A DNA stretch of 32,000 nt from Gracilimonas tropica DSM 19535 (GTDB lineage: Bacteria; Bacteroidota; Rhodothermia; Balneolales; Balneolaceae): positions 561,176 through 593,175 of the forward strand of contig NZ_AQXG01000001.1 of assembly GCF_000375425.1 (NCBI RefSeq). Direction: 5' to 3'. Made by a program: the position numbers and the translations under genes. Within the stretch, counting starts at the first letter, position 1, and each line of letters opens with the position of its first letter. Positions 17,433-26,700 of the stretch are shown piece after piece. The notes under the pieces are model-generated. The model was not told the origin of the DNA. It did not search any database and was given only the letters and a program-made list of their open reading frames with translations.

Positions 17433-17938
17433 ATGTAATCAATCTCAATGGTGAAGTCGCCTTCATAATTTCCTGGCGCTGCATTTTGAAGATTTACACG
17501 CCCGCCAACCCAGATGAAAAATTGTCCTTCTTCATTAAAACGGATATTGCGATTGTCCAATTCCAAAAGTTCGGAAGTAGATTGGTCTTCAATGGAATTT
17601 CCGGAAATTTCGTAGGTAAAAGTCAGTGTTCCGTCTCCGTCAATTTGAGTGAGCTCACGTTCAGGAACATAATTTAATCTGAATTCGGCGTTCGGAGTAC
17701 CAACTGCAATCATATATCCGGCGTTTAAACTTGTTACAGGGTTTACATAGATCTCCTGCTGACCCGGTTGAGCATTGCCGAATTGCATGGTATTAATGGT
17801 AATGAGTTCGATAGATTGGATCACTTCTGCACTTACATTTACACGTGCAGAAATACTTTGATCCTCTCCGTTTTGAGCATGCAAATTCTGGAAACAGAAA
17901 ATTAATAATAAAAATAGGGCTGAGAGAACTCTGTGCAT
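17429..17938 (-). CDS. DUF4402/SCPU-like fimbrial subunit paralog (169 aa)
   Basis: I moved the start to the ATG at 17936-17938, giving MHRVLSALFLLLIFCFQNLHAQ. MQFG motif. C-terminus FFIWVGGRVNLQNAAPGNYEGDFTIEIDYI. Confidence 0.65.
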   Translation of the reverse strand: MHRVLSALFLLLIFCFQNLHAQNGEDQSISARVNVSAEVIQSIELITINTMQFGNAQPGQQEIYVNPVTSLNAGYMIAVGTPNAEFRLNYVPERELTQIDGDGTLTFTYEISGNSIEDQSTSELLELDNRNIRFNEEGQFFIWVGGRVNLQNAAPGNYEGDFTIEIDYI

Positions 17939-18086
17939 TATACCTAAAGCTATAATCTTAATATTAGCGGTATAAAGTTCGTAGTAATTGGCCAACAATA
18001 ATAGTTAATATCCTTTAATTAGCTTGATGTAACACAAGTTAAAAGGCTTTAAGATTTCTCTTGAACATGTAGGATTTCAGGCTAAT

Positions 18087-18470
18087 TCACCAGGCAAAAG
18101 CATTGAAATAAAGTGCGGGAAGTTCCATTTCACCGGAACGGAGATTTAATTTACGTGACATGCGTTCTGTTTCGGTCTCGTTTGGTTTCACAATTTCGAA
18201 ATTATATTCCAATTGTTCGCCAACGTATCTGCTCGTGAATCTAATTTCGGCGGTATAAATGCTGTCGGTGTCTGCATCTGTTAACTGAACCGGACGAGTT
18301 GAAAGCGGGTAAATGTTTCCTGTTACCCGGATGATATCACGCCCCGGTACAAATGCGCTGTCTTCAAGATTAGGCTGAAGATTTACATTGAAAATTACAG
18401 TTGACTGTGCCTGTACGGAACCTAATCCAACGGCCAGAAAAAAAGCTATAACTGACAACAAATGTTTCAT
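18087..18470 (-). CDS. Small secreted beta-rich protein (127 aa), function unknown
   Basis: Clear signal peptide MKHLLSVIAFFLAVGLGSVQAQ. Alternating beta-strand pattern (VIFNVNL, IIRVTGNIY, YTAEIRF, LEYNFEIV) reminiscent of a CBM/Ig-like sandwich. Ends ..YFNAFAW. Confidence 0.6.
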   Translation of the reverse strand: MKHLLSVIAFFLAVGLGSVQAQSTVIFNVNLQPNLEDSAFVPGRDIIRVTGNIYPLSTRPVQLTDADTDSIYTAEIRFTSRYVGEQLEYNFEIVKPNETETERMSRKLNLRSGEMELPALYFNAFAW

Positions 18471-18529
18471 AAATAGATATCAAAAATAGGTTTATGTTCT
18501 TATGAAATTAGAAAATAATTCGACTGGTT

Positions 18530-19897
18530 TTATTGAATTTTTTCTTTCCAATATACAATGGTGAAAATACTTTCACGAGGAAATGACGGAGGAATGGTCT
18601 CTTTAAGGCGATCATCATAAATATAATTTTTTGAAAAACCTGAGGCCGTACCATAATTATTAAAAGTACCAACCGGACCACGATTTCTCTGAATGATTCC
18701 GCCCAAAATATTCAAGGTTCCCCTGGGACTTCCACTATTGTAATTCTCAACGGTGAATGCGTTATCAAGAGCCATAATTGAAGCATGTATTGTAAGGTTA
18801 CTGCTTCCGTTATCTTGATGAGCATCTTTATCAACAATTACATTGCCTTCGCTCACAAGACCCAAAAGGTCGGGAGATGGGGTATCGGGATCATCGAGTG
18901 GATTTGTATCGTAATAGATATCTCCCATGATCTCAATTTCATCAGTCGCATGCACTGTATATTTTCCCTTGATTTCGCCTTTCACTCTTGCAGTACCCTC
19001 AACACTTATGAGTCCATTGTAATTCGATAATGAATAGTTGGTGTGATTAGTTGTGCCTTCGCAAGTGTACCAATTCCGATAACCGCAGGCATAAGTGTAA
19101 ATGTCTGCTGCCTGAACCTGGGGATTACCATTGCCATCCACAAAAAACTCAAGCACTTTGTCGCTATCAAAGGTTAGTCCGCCCATATTTGCGGTGGTTA
19201 TCAGTTCATTGATTTGAGCTTGGTCGGGGAGATCTCGCGTTGTAGCCATGTTGAAATTTGTATTGCCATTAAAAATGGGAGTCTCATCTCCATGGCGCTC
19301 ATCGGGATCATCGCTGTTTGGGTCTCCATCTTGTCCTACCCAGTCATTGGGGCTGCTGACGTCTCCATTGAAGGTAGGAGAACCGGCGATTCTTAAGGTT
19401 CCATTTGTATGAACGGGTCCGGTGATGACATCATCATCATAGAAATAAATTTCGATATCATCGTTGGGATGGGGAAGTGTTTCTGCATCGGTGAAGTAAG
19501 AGAATTTTGAAAATGAATCCCGCTGTAAAAGCACTTCAATCTCAGCGGTGTAGCCTTCGTATTCTGCACGGCTGATCATCAAAACTTTGTATTGATTCCA
19601 TTCTGTAACGCTGTGATCCACGGTATCAAGTCCGGATGAATTCATGCCATACATCAATAATTGTCCTTTTCCGGCATAGTCCTGATCGGTGCTTATGGTG
19701 CCGGTCCATTCCATATCACGAAACAGATTTTGTACAGCATTATCCACCAGGCTTGTTGCAACATTTTTCGCCTGCTGTTCTTTGAAATAGTTGGCGGATT
19801 CTTCGGGCAATACTTCCAACCGGTTGTTATTTGATATCTGAATAATTCCTGAAATAACAACAAGACCGCTAACTAAAAGTAACAATGCGCGTCCCAT
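18530..19897 (-). CDS. PilX/GspK-class large pseudopilin-like protein, set 1 (455 aa)
   Basis: N-terminal hydrophobic helix MGRALLLLVSGLVVISGIIQ. Motifs ITGPVHTNGTLRIAGSPTFNGDV, LLGLVSEGNVIV and GGIIQRNRGPVGTF..GFSKNYIYDDRL..IPPSFP match what I remember from PilX-like/DUF4900-type proteins in type IV pilus minor-pilin operons. A strong AGGAGG Shine-Dalgarno sits 5 nt upstream of the ATG. Confidence 0.6.
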   Translation of the reverse strand: MGRALLLLVSGLVVISGIIQISNNNRLEVLPEESANYFKEQQAKNVATSLVDNAVQNLFRDMEWTGTISTDQDYAGKGQLLMYGMNSSGLDTVDHSVTEWNQYKVLMISRAEYEGYTAEIEVLLQRDSFSKFSYFTDAETLPHPNDDIEIYFYDDDVITGPVHTNGTLRIAGSPTFNGDVSSPNDWVGQDGDPNSDDPDERHGDETPIFNGNTNFNMATTRDLPDQAQINELITTANMGGLTFDSDKVLEFFVDGNGNPQVQAADIYTYACGYRNWYTCEGTTNHTNYSLSNYNGLISVEGTARVKGEIKGKYTVHATDEIEIMGDIYYDTNPLDDPDTPSPDLLGLVSEGNVIVDKDAHQDNGSSNLTIHASIMALDNAFTVENYNSGSPRGTLNILGGIIQRNRGPVGTFNNYGTASGFSKNYIYDDRLKETIPPSFPRESIFTIVYWKEKIQ

Positions 19898-19920
19898 AGG
19901 AGCCTCCTTTTATACGGGTA

Positions 19921-20511
19921 TTAATACCATGGTTTGTTAATATTGTTAGGAGAAAAAGTGCGTTTCCAAACAGTGCGGTGATAGGTATTATTAACATCAC
20001 CGCCGGATACAAATCTGGAATTCATGGGTTCTCCTGATTCCACCATAACTTCTACTTCAATGCTTACATCTCTTTGCTGGAACAAAGTTGAAATGTCGTT
20101 TACTACATTATTATCCTTATCGTAGTACATGAGTTTGAAATGGGTAACAGGGTATTTTGTGATGGTTCCATTTCCATCGTCACGATACAAGTAAAAATCG
20201 TTGGGATTGGTTGTGGTGGTGACTTTATCATCTTCAACGGTGTACCAGGTTATATTTCCTTCCGAGGTTTTAAATTCGATTTCATCCGGCTCGGCAGTAA
20301 TGATGGGATCATCCATAAATGAGGTAGTATTGTTATAACCAACCCTTTTCAGGTCAAAGGAAATGACCTCAACGATATCGTTCAGGCGCTGCTGATTGAT
20401 GGCAGAAATGGTTGTTTCTTGCGTACTGGAGGATAGCTGCATATTGTAGGCAAGGATGCTGAGCAGCATCAAACCGCCTACCACAAAACTTGTAATGATG
20501 CCCATATTCAT
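19921..20511 (-). CDS. PilW/GspJ-class pseudopilin-like protein, set 1 (196 aa)
   Basis: N-terminal helix MNMGIITSFVVGGLMLLSILAY, then LNDIVEVISFDLKRVGYN (PilW-like ..dlr.aGy). Shares TNPND, F.L.YYD and W+KRFSP.N blocks with the set-2 paralog. Confidence 0.6.
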   Translation of the reverse strand: MNMGIITSFVVGGLMLLSILAYNMQLSSSTQETTISAINQQRLNDIVEVISFDLKRVGYNNTTSFMDDPIITAEPDEIEFKTSEGNITWYTVEDDKVTTTTNPNDFYLYRDDGNGTITKYPVTHFKLMYYDKDNNVVNDISTLFQQRDVSIEVEVMVESGEPMNSRFVSGGDVNNTYHRTVWKRTFSPNNINKPWY

Positions 20512-20520
20512 AAATTCACC

Positions 20521-20940
20521 CTATTCTTTAAAGTAAGTTTTAATGTATTCCAGTTGAACCTGAACGGGAGGGTCGGTTGCATCAGAAGTAACCTGAACGG
20601 TAACACGGTACTGTTTTTGGGTGGAAGTGTTTTCAATCAAAACTGAATTTCGGGTCACTTCATACTCTTCTGAAAATTCATCGCTGGAACCATATTCTAC
20701 GGTTGTTGTAATGGGATCGGAGTCAAACAGATATTGGTTGGACGTAGGGTTCAAATGGATTTCCGGAGCCCAGCGTATGTTGTCCAGCTCATCCTGTGCC
20801 AAAGCTATCGCCCGATATTCAATTGTAGATTGGATAGACGTGCTCGTAGTATTCATGAAGCTTCGGGAGGTGTTGATCGTAAGCATGGAGAAAACGACCA
20901 TCGCGACCATCAGAAATATGACATCAGAAAAGTCATTCAT
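20521..20940 (-). CDS. PilV/GspI-class small pseudopilin-like protein, set 1 (139 aa)
   Basis: N-terminus MNDFSDVIFLMVAMVVFSML, followed by RAIALAQDELDNIRW. The size and helix-plus-beta layout resemble small minor pilins. Confidence 0.55.
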   Translation of the reverse strand: MNDFSDVIFLMVAMVVFSMLTINTSRSFMNTTSTSIQSTIEYRAIALAQDELDNIRWAPEIHLNPTSNQYLFDSDPITTTVEYGSSDEFSEEYEVTRNSVLIENTSTQKQYRVTVQVTSDATDPPVQVQLEYIKTYFKE

Positions 20941-21329
20941 ATGATCTAAATAATTTGGTTATTCATTGCAACTCAACTACAAGAGTATCGAGGGTAGTAG
21001 ATTGTTACAAATTGCTTAAAAAAACACGAAGCATAAGCAAGGCTGTAAGGCCTAAAAACATCTAACTGTATTTAAAATAACTACTGGATAATACTAATAG
21101 CGTTAGATTTTATTATTATTTAAAAGATAGGAATTTTGTTTGAGCAGAAGCGATTATGGGAAGGTTTGTATTGCCAATTTTACGAAGTTAATGCAATGAT
21201 CGCACCTAAGAATCAGTGATTAAGGTCAGCAATTTATATCTCCCAAGATGGATGAATTAACGTCCGTTTCTATCGAAGAAGTTTTCTAAAGTATATTAAC
21301 AGAACGAAAGCCAGGAGGTAGGATTGATT

Positions 21330-22463
21330 TTACTCAAAGGTACTCAGCCGAACGTATCTGTTTTGTTTTAGCATGGAAGCTGAGGCAAGTTGTGCATACT
21401 TTTCAGCGGTGCAATCATACTGTATATCAATGGTACCGCCCAGGTCAATATCAAAATTGGAGTAGTTGTTTTCAGTTTTGCCTACAAGTACGGAGCCATT
21501 TATTCTTGGAGTTCCCCGTCCGGTCATGGTATATGCATTTTCAAAGATTACCAATCCGTTAAAAGTAAAATTTCCGGCTACAGAAAGTTCCCCTTCGTAT
21601 TCCAGTTCCCCATTGGTTCTAACTACCATAATGCCATATCCTTCGGAAATACCACCGGTTAGTTTGGCGTAATCTTCTACAAAAAATACACCGGGATTGT
21701 CAGCCGTACCCATGCTCCCTTTATAATTACCACTGACTTTCACCACCTCATTCATTTGAGCAAGCCGAGCTACTAATTCATCAACGGGTTCGTACGATAT
21801 ATCTGGGTCAACAGCTATGGCAGCACTGTCACTTTCAAAATGCTCAGAGTTATCTCCGCCTGACAGCCATTCAACAAAGTTATCGGCTCCGGTAATTTTA
21901 TCTGCTGAACCTTCATCCCTTACGGTCATAGCTGGTTTTGAGGGACAAGTACCGCTGGCATCGTTACCGCTTATTAAGGCGCTACCACTCGCTGCAAAGG
22001 AGAAATCATGTTCACCGACTGCTAAAGACATCGCTGATTGAAATTCGGGGACGAAGTGCATGGCTGTTTTTACATAAGTCGTAATAATATCAATGCTCTC
22101 TTTTTTATTTGTGAGGGGATTCTGATACCAGGAGGAAGCATATATTTCAAGAGTATCTCCCTGTAAAGAAGAGAATGCCCCGGTCGAAGTCGATTTAATA
22201 AGATTGTAGTAGAGAGAGATAGAATCACCGTCAATTTCTTCGATCCAGGGTGAGCTTTTTGTGGGATGCCATGAGCCTCCGCTTTCATTAATTCTTTCCA
22301 TTGTAATTTGAGCGGCAGTGAATGCTTTGTTTCTGATTTCAGTCTCATATGCGGAGACGGCATTATTTGCTGTGATACCTTCTCTTTGGCCCTGTATGCC
22401 TACTTGGATGATGCCAATTACAATTACTGCACCGGCACTAATTATCAACATTGCTCGTCCCAT
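21330..22463 (-). CDS. PilX/GspK-class large pseudopilin-like protein, set 2 (377 aa)
   Basis: N-terminus MGRAMLIISAGAVIVIGIIQ is nearly identical in pattern to the set-1 protein. The C-terminal beta-helix-like block is GYGIMVVRTNGELEYEGELSVAGNFTFNGLVIFENAYTMTGRGTPRINGSVLVG. Confidence 0.6.
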   Translation of the reverse strand: MGRAMLIISAGAVIVIGIIQVGIQGQREGITANNAVSAYETEIRNKAFTAAQITMERINESGGSWHPTKSSPWIEEIDGDSISLYYNLIKSTSTGAFSSLQGDTLEIYASSWYQNPLTNKKESIDIITTYVKTAMHFVPEFQSAMSLAVGEHDFSFAASGSALISGNDASGTCPSKPAMTVRDEGSADKITGADNFVEWLSGGDNSEHFESDSAAIAVDPDISYEPVDELVARLAQMNEVVKVSGNYKGSMGTADNPGVFFVEDYAKLTGGISEGYGIMVVRTNGELEYEGELSVAGNFTFNGLVIFENAYTMTGRGTPRINGSVLVGKTENNYSNFDIDLGGTIDIQYDCTAEKYAQLASASMLKQNRYVRLSTFE

Positions 22464-22478
22464 TGTGTATTCAGTTAA

Positions 22479-23078
22479 TTAATTATTTGGTCTTAAATTT
22501 ACCGGCGAAAATCGCTTCTTCCAGTAGGTTTTGGTGTACCTGCCAGAGTCTGTATTCCGCTGAGAAAGGGTATAATTACTTTGCAATTCCAGTTCTATCT
22601 CGACCTGCACAATCTTAGAGAAATCAGAACTACTCACCGGGGTAGTCATAGGAATGTCAGAGCCGTAAGAGTCGTAGTAATTGATCCTGAACTTTGTGAC
22701 ACCAACGGTTATTTCAGTTTTATCACCGTCAACTGTGCGTACCAATATCTCATCATTTGGGTTTTTTGAATTTGTAACAGGAGCGTCGGTGTATTTCCAT
22801 GTAACAAGTTCGACATTACCAGCATCATCGAGATTACTGTAGAAAGAGATTTCAGTACTATCAGCTTTTACAAAAATATTTGAAAGTATTCCCTTTTCCT
22901 GATAACCAATTTTTGGAATATCGTGGATGATCATATCCTCAATTGCTTTGCTGTGACTGGATTTTGTAAGAGTTGTTGAAACTTCCTGATTGCTATAATT
23001 CACATTTTGAGTCACAGAAAGGATGGTTAACATCAGGAACCCGGCTATTATGTAACTAATTAATATTCCGTAATTCAT
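22479..23078 (-). CDS. PilW/GspJ-class pseudopilin-like protein, set 2 (199 aa)
   Basis: N-terminus MNYGILISYIIAGFLMLTILSV. IEDMIIHDIPKIGYQ. KNPND, F+INYYD and WKKRFSPVN blocks are shared with the 19921..20511 protein. Confidence 0.6.
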   Translation of the reverse strand: MNYGILISYIIAGFLMLTILSVTQNVNYSNQEVSTTLTKSSHSKAIEDMIIHDIPKIGYQEKGILSNIFVKADSTEISFYSNLDDAGNVELVTWKYTDAPVTNSKNPNDEILVRTVDGDKTEITVGVTKFRINYYDSYGSDIPMTTPVSSSDFSKIVQVEIELELQSNYTLSQRNTDSGRYTKTYWKKRFSPVNLRPNN

Positions 23079-23084
23079 AGTATT

Positions 23085-23630
23085 CTAATCTGCATAATAA
23101 CTTCGGATGAAACTGAAATTGTAGATGGTGTTTTCATTATCTAAGTTTTTTTGAAGGAACTTGGACTGAATTTCAACCGTGATTCTTTTCAGAGTAGATT
23201 TGCCACTTACCACCCAAAAATCTTGATAATTAGTTGTCTCAATATATTCTACTCTTACTGCGACATCGTAATCAACCCCTCCAATTGATACGCTTTCCCT
23301 AAAGCCATGAAAATCGTCAAAGTCGTCAAATTGAGTGCGGTTGACTTCAGGGTCGGCAGAGGTGTCATCAGGTCCTAATGCGGAAAATCCAGAGGGGATA
23401 TAAACCGGAACCGTGCTGTTTCCTTCAGAGTCGTAAGTTGTCTCTTCATCAAATGCCAGTGCCCTGGATTCTTCAATTATATCCTGAGCGTAGGCTACTA
23501 CTTGTCCTTCCAGCTGCCCTTCAATCATGGTTGAATTGTTCACTTGTATCACGCGATTAGCATTTAATGCCATCGTCGATACAATCACCATGGAGAGCAT
23601 CACATATAAAACTTCATCATATCCAGCCAT
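23085..23630 (-). CDS. PilV/GspI-class small pseudopilin-like protein, set 2 (181 aa from ATG; 183 aa if TTG at 23636 is used)
   Basis: The track start at 23636 is a TTG. The ATG two codons downstream gives MAGYDEVLYVMLSMVIVSTMAL. VVAYAQDIIEE is comparable to AIALAQDELDN in set 1. There is an acidic FDDFDDFHGF block. Confidence 0.55.
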   Translation of the reverse strand: MAGYDEVLYVMLSMVIVSTMALNANRVIQVNNSTMIEGQLEGQVVAYAQDIIEESRALAFDEETTYDSEGNSTVPVYIPSGFSALGPDDTSADPEVNRTQFDDFDDFHGFRESVSIGGVDYDVAVRVEYIETTNYQDFWVVSGKSTLKRITVEIQSKFLQKNLDNENTIYNFSFIRSYYAD

Positions 23631-23777
23631 GTCCAACCACTTTATTTATTGGATAAAGATAATATTAAAATGTTTTAATAAATAGTGATTTTTTCAAACC
23701 ACTTTATCTGTAGTACGAAGCTTTTGTAAAGGCAGATTGGAAAAAATTACAAGAAAGGTATATGGAAGAGAGTACTA

Positions 23778-26700
23778 CTATTTGATGAGAAGCATTTTCT
23801 TGGTACGCACATTATCGTTGGTAATTATGCGGTACAAATATAAACCACTGGCTAAGCTGCCTGCTCTAAAACTAATGGTATGTCGGCCTGCGGGCATTTT
23901 TTCTGAAACCAGGGTATGTACTTTTCTTCCCAGGATATCAAATACCTCAAGGCGGACATCACTTTCTTCTGTTAACCCAAATGGAATAGTGGTTGTTGGA
24001 TTAAAAGGATTCGGATAATTTTGATAGAGATAAAATTCTTCAGGGATGTTGGCTTCAATTTCTTCGGTGGTTAATCTGAGCACAAACCGGGACCGGTCCA
24101 AATTACTTCGTTTCACAGGCGCTCCTTCACTCGGGCTGGAGATGAACAGCTTGGAGTCGGAGTTATAACTAAAGGTATAGCTGGCGTTTTCCCTCAGGTC
24201 AATTTGCTTGCCAGAGTCGTTGTCAATCAGGATTAACAGCCACTCTTCAGGGACATTTCGAAGCATATCGCGGGAGATGGTGAATTGTCCCATTTCCGGT
24301 CTGCCGTGTCTGAAAGCAGCAAAATGAAGAGGAATATTTTGCCGGTATTCAAACTCCCTTGGAATATTATTGATGGCCAGTTCTGTTCCATTTTCAAGAG
24401 TAGAATAGAATTCAATATGGGTATCTGAAAATGGAACCAGTCGAAGCGCATCATGCATATCTTTACCAATGGATGCATTTTTGCCGCCCATAATAAATGT
24501 TTGCTTTGTAAGCTCTTCTCCACTTGCCCTCAATGCAATAACCGGAGCATAATTCTCGTAATCCTGATGTTTTTTTTCTGATTCCGGAGCCTCTTTCCGT
24601 AAGAAATTACCGCCGGTAGTTTTGGCTTCCGTATCTACTATCAACTCCGGACCTGGACCATTAGCCTTCACCCAAAATCCCTGGAAGGGAGGGATTATTC
24701 CACTTCCTAAAGAACCGGTTGAACCGTTCCAGGTTAAAAATTCACCGTTACCATTGTTAGCCGCAGGATCCCAAATATAAATGGTGGATTCCATGTTGGT
24801 TTTGGTCCAGTTCGCATTATCATCCCAATTGATGGCAGCTCCAAAAGGATTTCCAACGAAATTCCATCCCGAGTCGGCTGAAGGCGTATATGTGACTCCA
24901 AAATCAAATTCTGAACTTCCTGAACCAAATTCTTGTCCGGCTACATCCAGGGTATCGGGAAGCGGATCGTTATAAAGTGGGTCTGCGGGAATGTTTCCAA
25001 AGAAATACACCCAGTATCCTCGTCCGCCGGCTACAGAGTTAGTGGCGTTGGCAGGAGCGCGTAACCGGTCATTATCTGTGGCTGGCAGTCCTTCAACATT
25101 AGTATCATAATCCTCGAGATACCACATTACATTAGGCTGAAGAGTGTCTCCGGGGTTGGAGCCCGTGGAGTAGGTCGCACCGGTATATCCCTGGGTCAGG
25201 GTGCCATCCAGAAAATCTCCGAAGGTTGAGTTAACAGGTGAAGAAAGCATTCTCCAGCCGCGAACGCCGGAAATTCTACGCTGGAATCTCAGATTTCCTG
25301 AGCCATAGGCCAAATTACTGGCCAGAAGGTTTATCCCGGAAGGAATCAATAATTCTCCATCGGTAAGTGTCAGCAATCCATTTACGGTGAGATTCTCTGA
25401 AATGGTGAGCGTATTTGGATTATCCAGTTCCAAATTGATAAAATCGGTGGGACTTACAATTTCCTGATCGGTATTTCCATTAAATATGACGGTCCCCAGG
25501 GTAATTTCAGAGATATTGAGATTTCCTCCTACCGTGAGGGAGTCATTATTACTACCCAGTATCTGACCATTTCCGGTTACATCCCCGGAGACGATGAAAT
25601 TGATTCCTCCGGCTACATTTAGCTCAGCACTTGCTTCTATGGACAGTTCTGCAATTTCGGTGTCGGTTTGAGAGACCGCCGGAAACTCATTTCCTACAGC
25701 AGGATTAGCGGGAATCAAAACTACTGACGACGCATTCGGCACGCTGTTGACGTTCCAGTTATCCGGATCGAAATAATTGGAGGCATCCGAAAGTGAACCC
25801 AGCTGACTTTCCCAAATATGACTGAAAGAAGCGAACTCTACTTCGGCCTCATCGGTGATATCATCACCATTAAGCGTGCCGGAAATAGTTGCGATGCCAG
25901 TAGATGTGGACGAAGTTAATGTGGCCGAATATGTTCCGTCTCCATTATCTGTAACTCCGCCAATAGAACCGAGTGTAGTGCTCAAGGCAACCGTTTCTCC
26001 CCCAGAATCAATAATATTCCCAAATTCGTCTTTTGCCTGAACAGTGATGGCAGAAGTGGAGGACCCATCGTTCAGAATTACTGTGGGAGAGGCGGTGATG
26101 CTTGTCTGCGTCTCATCAACCGGGCCGGGGATAACAAGGAAAGAATTACTGGTACCACTTTCGGAACCGGCAGAATTGGTGGCGGTTATCGTACAGCGTT
26201 TTACGTTGGTGATATTTACAGTCAGCGAAGACAACACTCCCGAACTGAAATTAGGAGTAGTTCCTTGTCCGGCTCCAAGATTACAGGACGACGTAACACT
26301 CACCGTTCCATTAAAAGAAGTGATGGTATCGCCAATGCCGTCAATAGCTGTAATTTTGATATTGAAATTCTGTCCGGCAAACTTCTGGCTGATGTTTCCA
26401 CTTGGAACGCGTTCAATTTTGAAACCAGTGAGAACACCGGCATTTACAACCTGGAAGGTGTTGGTAACCGCGTCATCAAGTCCTGTGCTGGTTGCGGTGA
26501 GGCGTTTGGTGCCAGTCTCATCAATTTCGAGATTTGCGAATTCGGCTATCCCAAGTGTGTTGGTCTGCGTGGTGGTAGTTCCTGAAAGAGTTCCGCTGCC
26601 GGAGCTTAAAGCTATGGAAACATTGGTTCCGGCAGTTTTAACTTCATTTCCAAACTGATCGGTAAGCTGAACCCGCACAGAAGGGGAGATTACCGTATTT

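Noticed and set aside
18530-23636. Calling the region a type IV pilus or type II secretion operon
   Set aside because: Only minor-pilin-like proteins are present. The canonical prepilin motif, major pilin, ATPase, platform, alignment complex and secretin are all absent from the window.
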